Source: Syntrophales bacterium
Lineage (GTDB): Bacteria > Desulfobacterota > Syntrophia > Syntrophales > UBA2210
Reading direction: 5' to 3'
DNA: 64,000 bases
Assembly (NCBI GenBank): GCA_963662405.2
Contig: CAXXKT010000002.1
Location: 1 to 64,000, forward strand
Both the position numbers and the translations under genes were made by a program. Position 1 is the stretch's first letter. Each line of letters opens with the position of its first letter. Under the pieces are notes generated by a model, which had not been told where the DNA came from, did not search any database, and was given only the letters and a program-made list of their open reading frames with translations. This document shows, in pieces, positions 20,790 to 29,981 of the stretch.

Positions 20790-22430
20790 TTAAAAACACA
20801 TCCCGGCGAGGATCTCCTCTTTCGTCATATTTTCGTATGCTGAAACGAACGCGTCTTCATGTAGCAACAGGCCACCGGCAAGGGCCATAATTGCCGCGAC
20901 TGCTGCATCTATCTTCTCTACGGATCGCCGCTTGGAGGGTTTCAGGTTTCCTGCTGCATCCGCTTCCGTGGTCAGATTCGATATACACCACCGTAGCACC
21001 GGGTCATCGTTGTGACGGAGTTTTCTGGAAAGTATCAGTTTCAAAAGTTCCTTCGTTGGTGCTGACTGATCTTTGTAGCCCTGCCCGTGTCCGACCATGA
21101 CCACACTTTCAGATTCAAGTGCTTGTCTCACCGATTCAGAGCCCCATCGGTCAAAGTGAATGGACTGAAGGTCAAATTGTGTTTTCAGTTGGAGAATCTT
21201 CTCTATGATGAAGTTGTATTCAATCACAGCACCGGGAATCGCTATCAAGTCACCACTGTTAATCCATTGCAGGTAAGGTTTTCTCCGGTGCTGTCTTGCG
21301 GTATCTTCGGGCAGCCAGGACCAGGACAGCAAGTAAAAAAGATCCTCTTCACCGTCAGGAGGGAAACACAAGGAAAAGGATGTCAAGTCCTGTGTGCTCG
21401 ATAGGTCAAGGCCACCGTAGCATTTACGGCCCGAAAGGTCAGGGATATCGCCCTTGCAGGCATCCCAATCGGTCATAGATATGAAGGGTGTAGCCGCTTC
21501 TGTCCACTGATTCAAGTGCAGCCTCTTGAATACGGCTTCATATGCAGGGCTTTCCTTTGCCCGTTCACACTCCCGTGCCAAGTACTCTTTGGAAATCGAA
21601 ACACCTAAACAGGGATTGACGGCCTCCCAGATTGCCGAATCTGTCCAAGCGGCCCCCGTGGGAGCCTCATAAATCACAGGGAAGAAGGCCTTGTCATTAA
21701 TAACGCCGTCCTGGACACCCTTGGCGTATTGATATTTTTCGTAACATATGCTTGTCTGATCATATCCCGCCGTAGTAATGGAAAGCGTCAATGGTTCCCG
21801 CCTCGCTCCCGTACTGGTTTGTAAAACGTCGATCAATTCACGGTCGGCGATTGCGTGAAGTTCATCAAATATGACAAGGTTTGAATTGCTACCATGCTTT
21901 GTGTTTGCTTCTGACGATAGAACCCGAAACACGCTGTCACGGTCAGGATATCTGATTTCACTTCTTAAGACTTCGGCGCGCCTGTCCAAATCCTCATCTT
22001 TAAAAATCATCATTTTCGCTGTATCAAAGACTATCCGTGCTTGTTGTCGATCCGCTGCGCAAGCGTAGAGTTGCTGGCCACGCTCCTCTTGGCAAAACAG
22101 AAAAAAGAGCGCAATACCAGAGATTAAAAGGCTCTTTCCGTTCTTCCTCGGTATGAAGATAAAGGCCTCCCGGAATCGCCTGAGGTGTGTCTTCTCATGC
22201 TTCCAGCCGAAAAGGTGGCCGATAATAGCCTCCTGCCACAATTCAAGCACAAAGGGATATAGGGCCTTTTCTCCGTGGACATGGTGAAGACACTCATGGA
22301 AGAAATCAATAGCCTCTTGACCGGCCTCGGCGTCAAGGTAGTAGTCTCCGGCGCTCTGGTACGGGTCGAATCTGACCGGATACCCCGGATTGAATTTGAT
22401 CCAATCATTTGAAGAATCTATTTTTTCCAT
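20790..22430 (-). CDS. terL: Terminase large subunit (HK97/Terminase_1 type)
   Basis: LELWQ, Walker A PRKNGKS, Walker B IFDELH, ITTAG, nuclease GLDLS, FDRW, KIDAAVA; intact 546 aa. Confidence 0.95.
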   Translation of the reverse strand: MEKIDSSNDWIKFNPGYPVRFDPYQSAGDYYLDAEAGQEAIDFFHECLHHVHGEKALYPFVLELWQEAIIGHLFGWKHEKTHLRRFREAFIFIPRKNGKSLLISGIALFFLFCQEERGQQLYACAADRQQARIVFDTAKMMIFKDEDLDRRAEVLRSEIRYPDRDSVFRVLSSEANTKHGSNSNLVIFDELHAIADRELIDVLQTSTGARREPLTLSITTAGYDQTSICYEKYQYAKGVQDGVINDKAFFPVIYEAPTGAAWTDSAIWEAVNPCLGVSISKEYLARECERAKESPAYEAVFKRLHLNQWTEAATPFISMTDWDACKGDIPDLSGRKCYGGLDLSSTQDLTSFSLCFPPDGEEDLFYLLSWSWLPEDTARQHRRKPYLQWINSGDLIAIPGAVIEYNFIIEKILQLKTQFDLQSIHFDRWGSESVRQALESESVVMVGHGQGYKDQSAPTKELLKLILSRKLRHNDDPVLRWCISNLTTEADAAGNLKPSKRRSVEKIDAAVAAIMALAGGLLLHEDAFVSAYENMTKEEILAGMCF

Positions 22431-22776
22431 TGCCGTTTTCCTCTTCTCTTGGTGTTATTTTTACACCTCGGCTGTATGGTGACAGTCCAAAGTGAGACAA
22501 AAGTTTCAAATAAAGGTCGCTGTAAGCTTTCCACATGGTAAAGGCCGGATGTTTTTTAGTGGTATCATGGAGCCCGTCAACGGCCAGGCCTTCACGCTCT
22601 ATCAGCCGGTCAGATACTGTCATCTTATGGTAAACGCGACACAGGGTTTCAAAGGTCTCACGGTCAAGATTGTCCAGTGAGCCCGACTCTACTAGGCGCG
22701 GGCCAACGCTTTTCCATAACCTTTTTCCGTGTTCTCCCAGGTCTGAAGGTGCTTTCCAGAGCTTTGTAATTTTCAT
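22405..22776 (-). CDS. terS: Terminase small subunit, P27 family
   Basis: APSDL...W, KKHPA, FGLSPYSR; overlaps the terL start. Confidence 0.9.
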   Translation of the reverse strand: MKITKLWKAPSDLGEHGKRLWKSVGPRLVESGSLDNLDRETFETLCRVYHKMTVSDRLIEREGLAVDGLHDTTKKHPAFTMWKAYSDLYLKLLSHFGLSPYSRGVKITPREEENGNGKNRFFK

Positions 22777-22827
22777 AATTTCCTCATTTACCTAAAACCG
22801 ATTGACCTTCAGCGGTGTGCTTCTGCC

Positions 22828-23211
22828 CTAGCGCCGGTATGACGATCTCGCGCTTTCTGAAGATTTTACCCCCCCCTTGGCCCCATGCTCAACGTTGTGA
22901 CAGGCAAGACAAAGGCTTTCCAGGTTATCCATAGCGAAGGGATCGCCACCGGCTTTCACTTCTTGCTTGTGGTGAACCATCGTGGCAGGTGTAACCCTTC
23001 CCTGATCCATGCACTTCTGACACAAGGGAAACTCTTCCAGGTGCAACCGTCTAACCTTGCGCCATTGCGATGATACATAGAGCGGGTCAGGTGTTTTGTT
23101 ACCTTTCTCTTTCGTGTATCCCTTCAAGTGCTCATCACAATAACCCGAAGCATTACGGGTCAGATTGTGACAACCCTTCATTTTACAGACTCTGAACGCT
23201 CTCTTTGCCAT
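22828..23211 (-). CDS. HNH endonuclease (terminase-associated, gp74-like)
   Basis: W.K.R...PLCQKC, VHHK, NLESLCLACHN; upstream of terS. Confidence 0.92.
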   Translation of the reverse strand: MAKRAFRVCKMKGCHNLTRNASGYCDEHLKGYTKEKGNKTPDPLYVSSQWRKVRRLHLEEFPLCQKCMDQGRVTPATMVHHKQEVKAGGDPFAMDNLESLCLACHNVEHGAKGGVKSSESARSSYRR

Positions 23212-23343
23212 CAATTTTTTCTCCGCTTTATCACAACACACAAACGAGCCAGCCCACAGCAAAACCCATTATGGCCATACACATATGAAGAAATATCTCT
23301 ATTACGTTCATCTCATTATCTCCTCGCATCCCTGTTATTTTGT

Positions 23344-25068
23344 TCACCGTGCCATTTCATCAAACCTTGAATATTCCCCGTGATAATAAAGCAGACATTC
23401 CCCGCCGCTGTTGTACCGGCTCGCCTCAATCCTGACCAAGGTTGCCGGATCATAACTTTCCGTTGCTAATTCCCCGCCGTTTCCCTTCTTCCTGGCCCGG
23501 TGTAAAATTATCAGGTGATCGCAATCCGAAAAGATTGAAGATGAATCTTTCAAATCCATTGCCGTCATGATTGAGTTGGCCTGAATCTTTCGCGGTTGTG
23601 CAATCAGGATGATAGGAATTTCAAGTTCTTCGGCAAGGAACTTGAAGGCTTGAACGGCAAGCCCGATTTCTTGAACCTGGTTATTGATTGACCGGCAAAG
23701 AAAATGAAGATGGTCAAAGCATATCAGCTTCAGACCATAGCGCCGAATTGCCGCTTTCAGTGTTTCCATGATCCCGTCAAGTGTCGGCTTCTGGTAGCAG
23801 TAACCCAGGTAAAAGGGCTTTCCCTTGAAGTCGATCCGCGCCCTTTCGATCTCTGCAAGACCGATCTCTTCTGATTTGTTATGGCATTGCATGGCCTTCT
23901 GAACGATCTTCATCGGTCGCATCTCAAGGCAAAAGAAGAGGGAAGGAATATCTTGAAGGGCGTTATGGGTGATGGTCTGTAAAGCAAGGGTTGACTTTCC
24001 TATCTTCGGGGGTGCGGATAGAACAATCAGTTCACCCGGCATAAAACCCGTTTTGATTATACGGTCAACAGCCCCCCAGCCGGTTCTAATCCCAGTCGCC
24101 TGGTCCGGTCGTTGCGCTTCCTCTCGATACTTTTTCACACCTTCGGCAAAGGTCATGATCCCGGCAACATCAAATTGACGCGCTTCATTGACCATCTCGG
24201 AAAATTCATTATGACCGCCGCCGGCCCGGAATAGGTCGTTTACGTCCTGGCCATCAGGTAAGGCCACGTTTAAACAGCGCTCATATCCTAACCTCCGCGC
24301 CGCTTCACGGGCTCCCTTCTGTCCCGGTTCATCCTGGTCATAGCAAAGGTATATTTTCTTAACGGCTTGAAGCTGGTCAATCCATGACGGGTCAAATGAT
24401 CCAGCCCCTGTGGTAACTCCAACAACGTTTTTTATTCCCTGGTCAATCAAGGTCAATGCGTCAAGTTCGCCCTCAGTGATATAGATCTCATCCGGGTGTT
24501 CCTCTACAACGTCACCGTTAAAAAGGATTGACCGGCAACCCTTAACGCGCCGGAAGGTCTTTTCTGTGGGGGGCAGTGACCGGCTCTTAATGTTTATCAG
24601 CTTGTCTTTTTCGTAGTGGGGTATGGTCAACCATCGGCCCCCGTCTCTGTCGATCTGTAATCCAAGCTTGAAAGCTTTGGCGGTCTCAATGCTGATCCCC
24701 CTGGCCTCTGTGATGTAACTTACGGCGTTCTGGTCGGTCAAAAGGCGCTCATAGGCTTCTGTGGCCTTCTTTTCATCCGGCTTGATTGAAGGGGCGTCTT
24801 TATCCTCGAAAGCCTGCCTGACGGCTCCCTGTGGCTTCTGGTTCATGCGTCTGGTCCCTCGCTGTGGTTGAAAGTCTCCATAATGTTTTTGCAGGGTGAT
24901 AAGGTTTCCCCGTTCCTGGCACTTGTGGCAATAGAAAGCGCCTTCATCCGGATCCATGTAAAAATGACTTTTCGGATCCCCGCAAAAGGGGCAGGTTTTC
25001 AAGACTGCCTGTCCTGATTGAATCCGGTATTCAAGCCCCTTGCTCTGAATATATTCAAGTGCCGTCAT
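23344..25068 (-). CDS. T7 gp4/Twinkle-like bifunctional primase-helicase
   Basis: Zn finger CPFC...CHKC, TOPRIM ITEGELD / CYDQD, SF4 helicase APPKIGKST, CLEM, FDHL, IAQPRK. Confidence 0.9.
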   Translation of the reverse strand: MTALEYIQSKGLEYRIQSGQAVLKTCPFCGDPKSHFYMDPDEGAFYCHKCQERGNLITLQKHYGDFQPQRGTRRMNQKPQGAVRQAFEDKDAPSIKPDEKKATEAYERLLTDQNAVSYITEARGISIETAKAFKLGLQIDRDGGRWLTIPHYEKDKLINIKSRSLPPTEKTFRRVKGCRSILFNGDVVEEHPDEIYITEGELDALTLIDQGIKNVVGVTTGAGSFDPSWIDQLQAVKKIYLCYDQDEPGQKGAREAARRLGYERCLNVALPDGQDVNDLFRAGGGHNEFSEMVNEARQFDVAGIMTFAEGVKKYREEAQRPDQATGIRTGWGAVDRIIKTGFMPGELIVLSAPPKIGKSTLALQTITHNALQDIPSLFFCLEMRPMKIVQKAMQCHNKSEEIGLAEIERARIDFKGKPFYLGYCYQKPTLDGIMETLKAAIRRYGLKLICFDHLHFLCRSINNQVQEIGLAVQAFKFLAEELEIPIILIAQPRKIQANSIMTAMDLKDSSSIFSDCDHLIILHRARKKGNGGELATESYDPATLVRIEASRYNSGGECLLYYHGEYSRFDEMAR

Positions 25069-25832
25069 ATAATCCTCATCCCCTGGCTTCTGTAATGTTC
25101 ATCAAGGGCATGACTCCCTGTTGACTTCATAACTTCCACGCTTGTCATGCTGGTCTCTGGTTTCAGATTTCGGATGATTCCCAAAAGGTACTTTTCGCCC
25201 TTCTTCTGTTCTGCATATCCCTTTTCAAGATAAGCCCTGGTCCCTGTCATAACCGACTCAACCGGGTATTTATTCCATGACTGCAAAATGGACAGCTTCA
25301 CACTGTCTGCAATTCGGTTTGATTTTCTGGTTGATGATATGGCTTGAAATGCCTGGTTGATGATTTCCTGGTTTGAATATCTTTCTTCCAGGGCAGAGAT
25401 TTCAGAAAGTATTTTTTCAGGGGTTCTTTTCTTCTTATGTTCTTTTGTTCTTGTATGTTGCCCTTTGTTTGCCACTTGTTTGTCGTTTTGCGTGTCGTTT
25501 TCGTTCTCACTGCTCTGGTAAACGCTCCAATTTACAATGGTAATTACCGAAAACTTGTTTGTCGTTTTGCGTGTCAAATTTCCGGCCTTTTCCAGAAAAT
25601 CAAGAATGGTGCGGATTTCCCGGACTGTAAGGCCCGTTTCCTTAGAAGCTACGCGTAATCCGAAGATGAATTGACCCGGCATAAGGTGGACAACCTGCAA
25701 GCCTACAATGGCATCAAATTCTTTATGGGTAGCCTTCATGAGGCAGTAGGTCCAGAAAGCCCAAAGCTTATGATTCTTGATCCATCCGGCATCAAGGGAC
25801 TTGCGCCATAGTTTCACATAGCCTTGATTCAT
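25065..25832 (-). CDS. Phage-type replication initiator / replisome organizer (winged helix)
   Basis: GYVKLWRK...LMKA...PGQF...TNKFSVITIVNW..YQ N-terminus typical of phage initiators; internal DNA repeats; ATGA-coupled to the primase. Confidence 0.75.
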   Translation of the reverse strand: MNQGYVKLWRKSLDAGWIKNHKLWAFWTYCLMKATHKEFDAIVGLQVVHLMPGQFIFGLRVASKETGLTVREIRTILDFLEKAGNLTRKTTNKFSVITIVNWSVYQSSENENDTQNDKQVANKGQHTRTKEHKKKRTPEKILSEISALEERYSNQEIINQAFQAISSTRKSNRIADSVKLSILQSWNKYPVESVMTGTRAYLEKGYAEQKKGEKYLLGIIRNLKPETSMTSVEVMKSTGSHALDEHYRSQGMRII

Positions 25833-26041
25833 TTATCCGCCCCCACTGGTAGCTGATACGCCTTCGGATCTTCAAACCGGGCATTGAAGAGTGCTGCAAT
25901 TTCTTCCTCAGTGATCTGGACACGGCCCCTCTTATCTGCCAGTTCAGCGATTAGAAGGAACATGTTCGCGCCCAGAGGATTCTTCTGGAAAAGACGGTTG
26001 TACCGCTTCTTGAATTTCCGGTTCGGCTTGACGTCGATCAT
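25829..26041 (-). CDS. Small hypothetical protein between AlpA and initiator
   Basis: 70 aa, coupled to its neighbours. Confidence 0.6.
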   Translation of the reverse strand: MIDVKPNRKFKKRYNRLFQKNPLGANMFLLIAELADKRGRVQITEEEIAALFNARFEDPKAYQLPVGADK

Positions 26042-26043
26042 GA

Positions 26044-26250
26044 TTAGGCCTCGATAGAACCCCGCGAACCATCCCGCGCCGCTAATCGTTCCGCCAGCCA
26101 TGCATCAATCTCTTCTTCAAGCCAGCCAACAGAGTTTCCCCCCAACTGTAGCCGCTTCGGGAATCGTCCCGCCTTTTCCATTCTCCAGATAGTGGGATCG
26201 CTGAGGGGAACCCGTGATAGAAGTTCCGGTTTTCTGATTACTCTGGTCAT
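26044..26250 (-). CDS. alpA: AlpA family regulator / excisionase
   Basis: IRKPEL...LSDPTIWRMEKAGRFPKRLQLGGNSVGWLEEEI. Confidence 0.92.
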   Translation of the reverse strand: MTRVIRKPELLSRVPLSDPTIWRMEKAGRFPKRLQLGGNSVGWLEEEIDAWLAERLAARDGSRGSIEA

Positions 26251-26365
26251 TGTTGCTTTTCCTTTCCGGCAAAAAAAATGCCCATCAAGTGTTCTTTTGA
26301 TAGGCATTAAAGCACAGTACAAAACATTGCTCTATGTATGGGGGTACGGCAGTTACGTACAGTAT

Positions 26366-27148
26366 TTATGGTGTAACAGTGATATTGTTTCCCATTGGTG
26401 CGGCGTTTGTTGTATCGATCTTGACTGCGAAAGTATTTTTTGTGGCATAAATGACTGGTGAATCTTTGCCGTTTAACAAGGTTGCATCCTTACCCGTGGC
26501 ACCAGATAGGGTAACAATGTCACCGTCTAAAAGACCGTGATTTTCTTTTTCTATGATTGTAGGATAGCCTATTCTGGCAGTACAGTCCCGTACAGGGTCT
26601 TTCTTCCATTTTTCAGCGTTCCGATAAAACCATTGCTTAACAGTTTCAAAATTTATGTCTGTTCCCCACTCTTCTTTGACACATTGCGCCGCACCACGGA
26701 AGATATCATCCATTGGTTTGCCATCATTCTTGTTGATTTGATCAATAACATATGAAATAGCAATGATTCTTTCGCGATAGGATTTGTATTGTTTCCAAGG
26801 TCCAGAACCGCCAGAAGAATCAAAGCCGAAGCACCAATCGAGCTTATTTGCCTTATTGTCTGTACGCATAAGACGCTTTGCGGTCCCGTCAAGATATTTT
26901 AATATCCATTCAGGGAGCGGGAGGCTGTTCTCCCGTACAAATTGGTAGGCGTCCCATACAGCAAGAGGGTTTCCTGTTTCCTCATAATCAAGTTTAAATC
27001 CATCAAGTGATCTCTTCTTTTGCTGCTGGATTATATCCAGCCCTCTAAAATAGGCTTTTAAACGAACCTCCACGGGTCCGCTTTCAGGCACTTCGGGGGG
27101 CAGAAGATAGTAGTTTAGAGGTAGTGTTCTACGTCGTTTTTTAGCCAT
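26366..27148 (-). CDS. Hypothetical protein with C-terminal FCCH-like beta domain
   Basis: Overlaps the integrase stop; C-terminus HGLLDGDIVTLSG...LNG...NTF..IDT. Confidence 0.6.
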   Translation of the reverse strand: MAKKRRRTLPLNYYLLPPEVPESGPVEVRLKAYFRGLDIIQQQKKRSLDGFKLDYEETGNPLAVWDAYQFVRENSLPLPEWILKYLDGTAKRLMRTDNKANKLDWCFGFDSSGGSGPWKQYKSYRERIIAISYVIDQINKNDGKPMDDIFRGAAQCVKEEWGTDINFETVKQWFYRNAEKWKKDPVRDCTARIGYPTIIEKENHGLLDGDIVTLSGATGKDATLLNGKDSPVIYATKNTFAVKIDTTNAAPMGNNITVTP

Positions 27149-28367
27149 GCTTGTAATCCCCCATTGAAATAACTTTGCCGCCTGTAGGTGCAAATCCAAG
27201 GATTGATTGTAAGCGCCGTTCCCAAGCCATCAGCGCTTGACGTTTTTCTTTGTCATAGGGATAGCGATTATAGACGGCCAAAAGCCCTTGAAGTTTATGC
27301 CCCAGTACCCGCTCCGCGATTACATCATCAATTCCGATTTCAGCAAGACGGGTCCGCAGGGTCCGACGGATATCATGAGAAGAAAATCCCTCTGTGATTC
27401 CCATTTCCGACCAATGTCTCCGGATCGCGTTTGTCATTGCCCCCACCGTGACAGGAGTTCCTTCGTTATGCGTCGATCTGAAAACCCATAATGAATCACT
27501 TGAATAAATCTTTGCTTCGTCAAGTATATCCTGCATCATAGGAACAACCGGAACCCGGTTTTCTTCGTTGTTTTTTCGAGCGTCCGCCGGTATCACCCAC
27601 CACGCATCGGAGAGGTTCTCCCACTTCATCCTTGCAACCTCTCCCGGCCTTTGCCCGGTCAACAGGATCATTTTCAAGGATAGTTTTGTCAATCGGTAAA
27701 TGTCGATCTCCGTATTTTCAAGATCCATAGCAGACCAAAAAAGCTTAATCTCTTCATCAGAAAGTACACGTGAACGAGGAGTTTCCTTGGTCTTCCGCAT
27801 GCCACCCAAGGGAGAAAATTCTATCATCCCCCGTTCGGCTGCGAAGTTGAACATTCTGACAAGCACCCCTTGCAAACGATTTGCACCAATAGGAGCTCGT
27901 TCTCTCACCTTGTCCAGTAACAGGACAGCATCCCGCCTTGTGATCGTGTTCACCTTGCGCCGTTTCCAAGAGGGTAGGGCATCTTTTTTTACAAGCCTTC
28001 GCCGCTCTCCGCCTGTCTTGCTTTTTGATAATTCTCGTTCCCAAAATTCGTTGAGTAGATCCTCAAAAGTTGGGTCCAGCTTGGATTTGCTCTTTTTTTC
28101 CTTGGCCTTTGCTGCTGGGTCAATGCCGTTTTCAACGTCTCGTAAGGCAAGAGCAGTCCGTTCCCTGGCCATGGCAAGTGAGACAGCCGGATATAATCCA
28201 AGGGAAAGCCTCTTTCGCCCCGGATTTTTGCCAGTATAGGTATAACGCAAGGTCCAGGATTTCTTCCCTGACGGATAAACCCGAAGGAATAAACCATTCT
28301 CATCTGCGAGATAAAACTCTTGATCGCGTGGTTTAATCCGTCTGATTTGAAGGTCAGTCAATGGCAT
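27141..28367 (-). CDS. int: Tyrosine integrase, P4-like with arm-binding domain (element A)
   Basis: GLFLRVYPSGKKSW, LGLYPAVSL, TGQRPGE, HDIRRT, LGH, VYN. Confidence 0.95.
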   Translation of the reverse strand: MPLTDLQIRRIKPRDQEFYLADENGLFLRVYPSGKKSWTLRYTYTGKNPGRKRLSLGLYPAVSLAMARERTALALRDVENGIDPAAKAKEKKSKSKLDPTFEDLLNEFWERELSKSKTGGERRRLVKKDALPSWKRRKVNTITRRDAVLLLDKVRERAPIGANRLQGVLVRMFNFAAERGMIEFSPLGGMRKTKETPRSRVLSDEEIKLFWSAMDLENTEIDIYRLTKLSLKMILLTGQRPGEVARMKWENLSDAWWVIPADARKNNEENRVPVVPMMQDILDEAKIYSSDSLWVFRSTHNEGTPVTVGAMTNAIRRHWSEMGITEGFSSHDIRRTLRTRLAEIGIDDVIAERVLGHKLQGLLAVYNRYPYDKEKRQALMAWERRLQSILGFAPTGGKVISMGDYKHG

Positions 28368-28491
28368 AATATTTCCCTTTCGTGCGGTCCGGCAGTTATT
28401 CTCGGACCGTTTCCGGTACCATTTTTTAGGGTATAACAGCGAAGAAACATGAAACGCTATGAAGAGAGAATATTGCTATATCCTCTTAATG

Positions 28492-29828
28492 TCAATAGAT
28501 TTTTGAATGCTCTTGAATGGTTTTGAAAAGGAGAGAAAGATGGAAAATTCTTTTTTGGGAGCAGGATGTCGCAGGTTCAAATCCTGCCGCCCCGACCATT
28601 TTTATATTATAATTACAATAACTTACAAAAGTTTTGTGCCTCAAAATAGTGGTGCAAAGCTCGTTCAGTTTTTGTTGATTTTTCCCCTCTCCTGACGACT
28701 TCGCATAGATCATTCTGACGTCATCCGATTCAATCTGAAAATACCGTTCAAAAGCCTTGTTGGTGGAATGCATTGTTGCCCGTTTTATCTGTTCAGGGGA
28801 GAAATGCTTTCTCAGGGCTCGCGCGGAACTGTGACGTGTCCCTCCGTACAGATCAACGTCAGCAATTCCCAAATTTGAACAGGCTCTTTTCCAGTATCGG
28901 CGTAAAAGGTCATTGCCAAAAGGGGCACCTTCCTTGAAAACACGTTGACCCTTGGCCGCAGGTCTATGTCGAAAGAAATGGAGGCGAGGAAGGGCAGGGG
29001 GGAACGTTTTAAGAATCTCGATATCCTCATCCAGTAAAGAACGGCCTTGTAACGCTTCTCTTTTGGGTGTGGGAAGAGAAAATAGCCATTACCCGTATCG
29101 ATATGACCCTCTTGGAGAGAAAGAAGCTCCTTGGGCCGAATTGAAATATATGTGGCAAGCCAACGTATGGCAAGGTAGATTTTGGGATTCACATTATGCG
29201 ATATATTCCAAACCTCGTTAAGAATAGCGTCTTGAGTTTCCTTGTCAATGACGTTCCTGAAACCGAGGGTAAATTTACATTCAGGAAATTCGGGGAATTC
29301 ATACTGCCTGAAAGATTTCTTTTCTCTTCTCCATACCCACGTAAAAAAGTCATGGAGACAAGACATATAATTTGAAGCAGTTTTAGCGCCAACATTCAAG
29401 GAAGACTTGAAGTCCTCAAGCTCTCCATATTGAATCTTTTTGATCGTTATATCATCAAAGAATTCTTGTGCAGTTTTTATATAATTTTGAAGATTTTGGA
29501 AGTGACGTTTTGTGATAACTCCTCTCTGAACTTCGTCTGATTTGAGCAATAACCATTTGTCAGACAGGGTTTTAAATCCCAGTGGGTTCCCAGCTTGATA
29601 ATCTCTCCGATCAAAAGTTCCTTCATCTTCCTTGTAACGGATACCTTCGAGAAATCGCCGTGCACTGTCATAATAGGTAAATGTCTTATATACCCCTTTG
29701 AACTTTATAAAAAATGAAGACGCTTTTTCATCCCTGTGTTTCGGGCAATAAAGGCCCGTTTTCCCGTCATCTTTAAAAGATCGATTACATTTAGGACACC
29801 GCTCACGAGAATAGATTCCGCCTATCAT
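28492..29828 (-). pseudogene. int: Tyrosine integrase of element B with one frameshift near 29039; ORF reads through the att site
   Basis: N-terminal CPKC..CPKH and ISIRPKEL; adding one base gives VPLLDEDIEIL...YWKRACSNLG...GTRHS...MHSTNKAFERY. Confidence 0.8.
28554..28608 (+). repeat. attR of A / attL of B (tRNA-Pro 3' repeat, copy 2)
   Basis: 48-bp match to 19060-19107; 28572-28608 matches 38382-38418 (37 bp). Confidence 0.95.
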
Positions 29829-29981
29829 GCACAGTCCCCCTTTTTGATATAATGGGGGATAAGTATCACGAACGGGAGAATCTTTCAAATTAGGCCACCT
29901 CCACGCAGAACAAAGGGTATTCTTGTTCGGAGGTTTTCGGTTTATCAGTGTATGTTGTGATATCCATGGAATTCACCGTGC

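Larger units (their letters stand above)
19108..28601. mobile_element. Element A: integrated phage-satellite-like island (int-AlpA-rep-primase/helicase-HNH-terS-terL), about 9.5 kb
   Basis: Bounded by 48-bp direct repeats; tyrosine integrase next to the right repeat; co-oriented core genes; visibly more AT-rich than the flanks. Confidence 0.92.

Noticed and set aside
28554..28601. Second and third tRNA-Pro genes (also 38382-38408)
   Set aside because: They are only 3' fragments without the 5' acceptor strand or D arm, so they are att repeats.
19108..28601. Element A as a complete prophage
   Set aside because: There are no head, tail or lysis genes between intact att sites.
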